Source: Bacilli bacterium | Lineage (GTDB): Bacteria > Bacillota_I > Bacilli_A > RF39 > UBA660 | Direction of reading: 5' to 3' | Length of the DNA: 64,000 nucleotides | Assembly: GCA_028706395.1 (NCBI GenBank) | Contig: JAQWBL010000002.1 | Location: 3,390 to 67,389, forward strand | Shown here: piece by piece, positions 59,745 to 64,000 of the stretch | Layout: each line of letters opens with the position of its first letter | How positions within the stretch are numbered: position 1 is the stretch's first letter | Program-made: the position numbers and the translations under genes | Notes under the pieces: generated by a model | What the model saw: only the letters and a program-made list of their open reading frames with translations | Databases searched by the model: none | What the model was told of the DNA's origin: nothing

Positions 59745-59864
59745 TTTGATATTTAAAAAAATTAAAAAACGAGTAAAATAATTTTTGTCGGGATCTTTTG
59801 ATTATATAAAAAATATTTTTCCGCAATAGTTAAAAAAATGTCGGAATTTGACTTCCCCATTTTA

Positions 59865-59893
59865 TTGATTATTGAATATATAGAGGGTATATT
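59865..59893 (+). promoter_or_regulatory. Sigma-A-type promoter proximal to csp
   Basis: TTGATT, 17 nt, TATATT. Confidence 0.65.
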
Positions 59894-59928
59894 TAAAATG
59901 TAATAATACTAGAAGGGAGAGGTAATTT

Positions 59929-60141
59929 GTGAGAGGTAAAGTTAAATGGTTTAATAACGATAAAGGCTTTGGATTTATTGAACACAATGATGAAGAAGAT
60001 ATCTTTGTTCATTATTCTGCAATCTTATCATCAGGCTACAAAACCTTAGTTGAAGGTCAATATGTTGAGTTTGAATTGGTAAGAACAGACAAGGGCTTAC
60101 AAGCAAAAAATGTTATTGAAATTAAAACTGCACTTGTTTAG
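59929..60141 (+). CDS. Cold-shock protein (CspA family)
   Basis: RNP1 KGFGFI and RNP2-like VFVHYS motifs; 70 aa. GTG start 6 nt after GGGAGAGG. Confidence 0.93.
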   Translation: MRGKVKWFNNDKGFGFIEHNDEEDIFVHYSAILSSGYKTLVEGQYVEFELVRTDKGLQAKNVIEIKTALV

Positions 60142-60152
60142 CAGTTTTTTTT
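60124..60152 (+). terminator. csp terminator
   Basis: AAAACTGC/GCAGTTTT hairpin spanning the stop codon, then a T-run. Confidence 0.8.
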
Positions 60153-60208
60153 GTTTTTATTTATATTTTTGTTCAACTGTGCTATAATTGTTATAGGAGG
60201 ATGATAGT

Positions 60209-60745
60209 ATGAAATTTAATATTCGTGGAAACAAAGTAAAAATAACTGAGGCGATTAATGATTACATTGAAAACAAAATTGGGAGACTTGGTCGTTATTT
60301 AGAAAACTCTGATAATGTAACTGCTAATGTTGTAGTCAAGATTCGTGGTGTTGAACAAATAGTTGAAGTCACAATTCATCTTAACAAGGTAATTTTACGT
60401 GCTGAAGTGGAAGATAAGAATTTATATGCTGCTATTGATTTAGTTAGCGAGAAGCTAGAGCGACAAATTAGAAAGAATAAAACAAGAATGAATAAAAAAG
60501 CTAATCGTGATAACGTAAAAGGCTTAGTAACTAATTTTGAAATAAATAAAGATGATGAGAAAGAAGAAAATAAAGTAGTTAAAAGAAAGACTGTTGAAAT
60601 GAAACCAATGAGTGAAGAAGAAGCTATTTTACAAATGAATTTAATTGATCATGACTTCTTTGTTTATCTTGATGAGAAAAGTGATAGAATTTGTATCGTT
60701 TATAAGAGAAAAGATAATAATTATGGTATTATAGCAACAAATTAG
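60209..60745 (+). CDS. hpf: Ribosome hibernation promoting factor (long form)
   Basis: 178 aa. N-terminal S30AE/YfiA fold (ITEAINDYIENKIGRL) and a C-terminal dimerisation domain (KPMSEEEAILQM..DHDFFVY). Confidence 0.92.
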   Translation: MKFNIRGNKVKITEAINDYIENKIGRLGRYLENSDNVTANVVVKIRGVEQIVEVTIHLNKVILRAEVEDKNLYAAIDLVSEKLERQIRKNKTRMNKKANRDNVKGLVTNFEINKDDEKEENKVVKRKTVEMKPMSEEEAILQMNLIDHDFFVYLDEKSDRICIVYKRKDNNYGIIATN

Positions 60746-60763
60746 GCTTTAAAGCCTTTTTTA
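60744..60763 (+). terminator. hpf terminator (short stem)
   Basis: AGGCT/AGCCT hairpin followed by T5. Confidence 0.5.
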
Positions 60764-60838
60764 TAAGTTTATTATATAAAACTATTATTTTTTACCTTTT
60801 TTTGATAAAATAGATAGGTAGAAGAAAGGAAGATAAAA

Positions 60839-63331
60839 ATGAAGTTTTTTAGACAGGTATTTGATCATGAATACAAAGAACTAGAAAAATTTAAAAAAAT
60901 AGCTGATGATATAGAAAAACTCGACAAAAAGATAAGCAAGCTTAGTGATGAAGAGTTAAAAAATAAAACTGAAGAATTTAAAGAACGAATTAAAAACGGT
61001 GAAACTTTAGAAGATGTTAAAGAAGAAGCTTTTGCGGTAGTTCGTGAAGCAGCGTTTCGTGTTATTGGTGAGAAACCATATTATGTTCAATTAGTTGGTG
61101 GTCTAGCAATCCATTACGGGAATATTGCTGAAATGAAAACTGGTGAGGGGAAAACATTAACTTCAACTATGCCAGCTTATTTAAATGCATTAACTGGTGA
61201 AGGAGTTCATATAATTACCGTTAATGAGTATTTGGCTGATCGTGATGCGAATTGGATGGGTAATATTTATCGCTTTTTGGGTCTAACAGTTGGTGTTAAT
61301 CATCGTGATTTAACCCCTAGTGAGAAGAAAGAAGCCTATGCTTGTGATATTTTATATTCAACCAATAACGAAATAGGGTTTGACTATCTTCGTGATAACA
61401 TGGTTGTTAAAGCTGAAAATAGAGTTCAAAGACCTTTAAATTTTGTTATTATAGATGAGGTTGACTCTGTGTTAATTGATGAGGCAAGAACACCATTAAT
61501 TATTTCTGGTGGTTTCTTACAGTCAGCCAATTTATACATGCAAGCTGATCGTTTCGTTAAAACTCTTAAAGAGGATAATGGATTCATCTATGATGAAAAG
61601 ACTAAATCGGTTGCTTTAGATGCAACTGGTATTTCAAAGGCTGAAAAAGAATTTGGATTATCTAATTTATTTGATTTAAATAATACTACTTTAGTTCATT
61701 ATATTAATCAAGCATTGCGTGCTAATTACACAATGAAGAGAGATTTTGATTATGTAGTTGAAGAGGGTAAAATTGTTATCGTTGATCAATTTACTGGGCG
61801 TTTAATGCATGGAAGAAATTACTCTGATGGATTACACCAAGCTATTGAGGCTAAAGAAGGTGTCGAAATTGGTGAAGAAACCAAGACACTTGCAACAATT
61901 ACATTCCAAAACCTATTTAGAATGTATAAAAAATTAGCTGGTATGACAGGTACTGCTAAAACTGAAGAAGAAGAGTTTCGTGAAATATATAATATGTATG
62001 TTATATGCATCCCAACCAATGTTCCGGTAGTTCGTGAAGATTTTGGTGATCTAATGTTTGCTACTAAAGACGGCAAGTTTAAGGCGATCGTTAAAGAAAT
62101 TAAGGAGCGACACGAAACCGGGCAACCAGTTCTAGTTGGAACAATTGCTGTTGAGACTAGTGAATATATTAGTTCATTATTAAAAAAAGAAAAAATCCCA
62201 CATGAAATTTTAAATGCTAAGAATCATGCGAGAGAAGCAGAAATAATTGCTAATGCTGGTCAAAAGGGTGCAATCACAATTGCAACTAATATGGCTGGAC
62301 GTGGGACTGATATTAAGCTAAGTGCTGAAGTTAAAGAGTTAGGTGGACTTTGTGTTATTGGTACAGAAAGACATGAGTCTCGAAGAATTGATAACCAATT
62401 AAGAGGACGTTCTGGTCGACAAGGAGATCCTGGTATGTCTCAGTTCTGTGTTTCTTTTGAAGATGATTTAATGGTTCGTTTTGGTACTGATCGTGCTAAA
62501 GTAATGTTACAAAAAGTTGGTTTTGATGGTGAGTTATCACTTCGCAATTCAATGTTTGCTAAGATGGTTGAATCCGCTCAACGACGAGTTGAAGGAAATA
62601 ACTTTGATGTTAGAAAAACTTTATTACAATATGATGATGTTATAAATCAACAACGTAAAATTATTTATGAAAAAAGAAATGAAATATTAGATCTTCCATC
62701 GGTATACGATATGGTTGCTGATAGTTTTACTAATTACGTTGATGAATTAGTAATGAGTCATTTGGTTGAAAATGCGGTTTTAACGGATAATGATTTAGCT
62801 GAAATTTTAGAAATGGTTAATACCAAGTTTTTAAGAAATACGATTGCCATTGAAGAAATAAAAGATAAAACACCGGAAGATATTATTTATTATATTTCTG
62901 AAAAAATGATTGCAGAATATGATCAAAAGGTAGCAAGTGTTCCAGAAGAAATCAAAAATGAATTTGAAAAGGCAATCGCCCTTCGTGTAATTGATACATA
63001 TTGGATGGAACATATTAATACAATGGCTCACTTGAAAGAGGGAATTCACTTAAGAGGTTATGCTCAAGAAAACCCTTTAAGAGCGTATACTAACGAAGGC
63101 TACGAAATGTTTGATAATTTATTAAATACAATTGATCGTGAAATTACATTATATTTATTAAATTCTGAAATTAGGCAAAATATTGAAAGAAAGAAAGTTG
63201 TTGAAACAGAGATTGCTAATGATGGTGATAAACCAGTTAAAAGAACTCCAAAAAAGGTTGAAAAAACAGGTCGCAATGAATTATGTCCATGTGGAAGTGG
63301 GAAAAAATATAAACATTGCCATGGAAAATAG
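60839..63331 (+). CDS. secA: Preprotein translocase ATPase SecA
   Basis: Walker A MKTGEGKTL, DEAD-like IIDEVDSVLIDEARTPLIISG, C-terminal zinc motif CPCGSGKKYKHCHG. Confidence 0.98.
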   Translation: MKFFRQVFDHEYKELEKFKKIADDIEKLDKKISKLSDEELKNKTEEFKERIKNGETLEDVKEEAFAVVREAAFRVIGEKPYYVQLVGGLAIHYGNIAEMKTGEGKTLTSTMPAYLNALTGEGVHIITVNEYLADRDANWMGNIYRFLGLTVGVNHRDLTPSEKKEAYACDILYSTNNEIGFDYLRDNMVVKAENRVQRPLNFVIIDEVDSVLIDEARTPLIISGGFLQSANLYMQADRFVKTLKEDNGFIYDEKTKSVALDATGISKAEKEFGLSNLFDLNNTTLVHYINQALRANYTMKRDFDYVVEEGKIVIVDQFTGRLMHGRNYSDGLHQAIEAKEGVEIGEETKTLATITFQNLFRMYKKLAGMTGTAKTEEEEFREIYNMYVICIPTNVPVVREDFGDLMFATKDGKFKAIVKEIKERHETGQPVLVGTIAVETSEYISSLLKKEKIPHEILNAKNHAREAEIIANAGQKGAITIATNMAGRGTDIKLSAEVKELGGLCVIGTERHESRRIDNQLRGRSGRQGDPGMSQFCVSFEDDLMVRFGTDRAKVMLQKVGFDGELSLRNSMFAKMVESAQRRVEGNNFDVRKTLLQYDDVINQQRKIIYEKRNEILDLPSVYDMVADSFTNYVDELVMSHLVENAVLTDNDLAEILEMVNTKFLRNTIAIEEIKDKTPEDIIYYISEKMIAEYDQKVASVPEEIKNEFEKAIALRVIDTYWMEHINTMAHLKEGIHLRGYAQENPLRAYTNEGYEMFDNLLNTIDREITLYLLNSEIRQNIERKKVVETEIANDGDKPVKRTPKKVEKTGRNELCPCGSGKKYKHCHGK

Positions 63332-63342
63332 AGGTGTATGAA

Positions 63343-64000
63343 ATGAATGAAACAAAAAAGACAATAGTAACTTTATTAGTTATATGTGCTATTGTGGCAC
63401 TTGTACCGTTATCAATGTATATTAAGCATACTAACGGTAAAAAAGTTATTGATTATATTGATAAAACTTATAAAAATGAAGAAAATAGTTTAATTTATAT
63501 TGGTAGTTCCAACTGTAGTTACTGTGATCAATTTAATCCTATTATTGATGAATCATCTAGAAAGTATGATTTTGAATATACTTATGTTGATATATTGGAT
63601 TTAACAAGTCAACAATTAACTGATTTACTTGGTAAATTTGATATCAAAGAAGAAGATTTTGGAACACCATATTTAGTAGTTGGTGCGAAAGGTGAAAAAG
63701 TTTCTGGAAAAGCTGGTTATTTAAATTCAGAACAACTAATTGAGCATTTAAAAGAAAATGAGTTTTTAGATAAAGATGCTGTTCCAACAGAAACTGAAGA
63801 AGATGAGAAAAGTAATGAAGATACATCAGAATTAAATTTCATTGGTGTTGAAAAATACTTAGACTTGGTTAAAGGAACTGAAAAAAGCATTATTGTTTTA
63901 AGTCAAACAACATGTTCATATTGTGCTGCAGCTAAACCAATATTTAATAAAATAGCTAAAGAAAATGATATTACTATCAATATTATTGAAATAAATGAAA
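63343..64000 (+). CDS. Membrane-anchored tandem thioredoxin-like protein (partial, runs off the window end)
   Basis: Hand translation stays open to the window end. It has an N-terminal TM anchor and two Trx-like modules, each with CSYC (SSNCSYCDQF, QTTCSYCAAAKP). GAGGTG RBS. Confidence 0.7.
   Translation, partial: MNETKKTIVTLLVICAIVALVPLSMYIKHTNGKKVIDYIDKTYKNEENSLIYIGSSNCSYCDQFNPIIDESSRKYDFEYTYVDILDLTSQQLTDLLGKFDIKEEDFGTPYLVVGAKGEKVSGKAGYLNSEQLIEHLKENEFLDKDAVPTETEEDEKSNEDTSELNFIGVEKYLDLVKGTEKSIIVLSQTTCSYCAAAKPIFNKIAKENDITINIIEINE

Noticed and set aside
59614-59826. Tracked 70-aa minus-strand ORF spanning the agrB-csp intergenic region.
   Set aside because: It has no RBS and odd composition (F/H/R/K-rich). 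It is built entirely from the two inverted operator copies, so it is better explained as regulatory DNA.
59783-59852. TGTCGGGATCTT and TGTCGGAATTTG, which partially resemble the operator half-site in reverse orientation.
   Set aside because: They match the half-site at only 7-8 of 12 positions, and they are 52 nt apart rather than 21.

Overview
This is the replication-origin region of a very AT-rich Bacillota chromosome (low GC by eye), with Bacillus-like oriC synteny. All family calls come from motifs read by hand; no searches were run. Minus-strand block (1 to 18.2 kb): ychF (partial), AbgT-like transporter, DUF951, MscS, parB/spo0J, parA/soj, trxB, lgt, uvrB, a Noc-type ParB paralog, rsmG, mnmG, an inserted ATP-grasp gene, mnmE, an HD-domain gene, jag/khpB, yidC, rnpA, rpmH. 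A bipartite oriC (DnaA-box clusters) flanks dnaA. Plus-strand block: dnaA, dnaN, comK (in the slot before recF), recF, gyrB, gyrA, two tandem perfect parS sites, a minimal SRP RNA, tadA, dnaX, ybaB, recR, bofA-like, holB, ricT, two methyltransferases, pth, mfd, spoVT, a Met T-box leader driving dut-metG, tatD, yabE-like, rsmA, ung, tilS, ftsH. This is followed by the yutG/yutH/nifU-like genes, a 12-tRNA operon plus a lone tRNA-Ala, and then hpf, secA and a partial thioredoxin-like gene. An accessory islet (53.7 to 59.9 kb) carries an orphan ParB/Srx-like protein, a DUF1624-like membrane protein, a WYL regulator with an ITPase-like gene, an untracked tiny Gly/Cys-rich membrane ORF and a complete Agr-type quorum-sensing locus. 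That locus consists of a LytTR regulator, an AgrC-like kinase, an untracked 40-codon AgrD-like precursor and AgrB. Most notable: the agrBD promoter region holds two divergent operators made of 12-nt direct repeats with a 21-nt period, and a near-identical third copy sits directly upstream of comK. This predicts direct Agr-type peptide control of the competence master regulator. Perfect Noc-binding sites (ATTTCCCGGGAAAT) and a Noc-type ParB with a long acidic insertion are also present. I found no rRNA, CRISPR, IS element or prophage.
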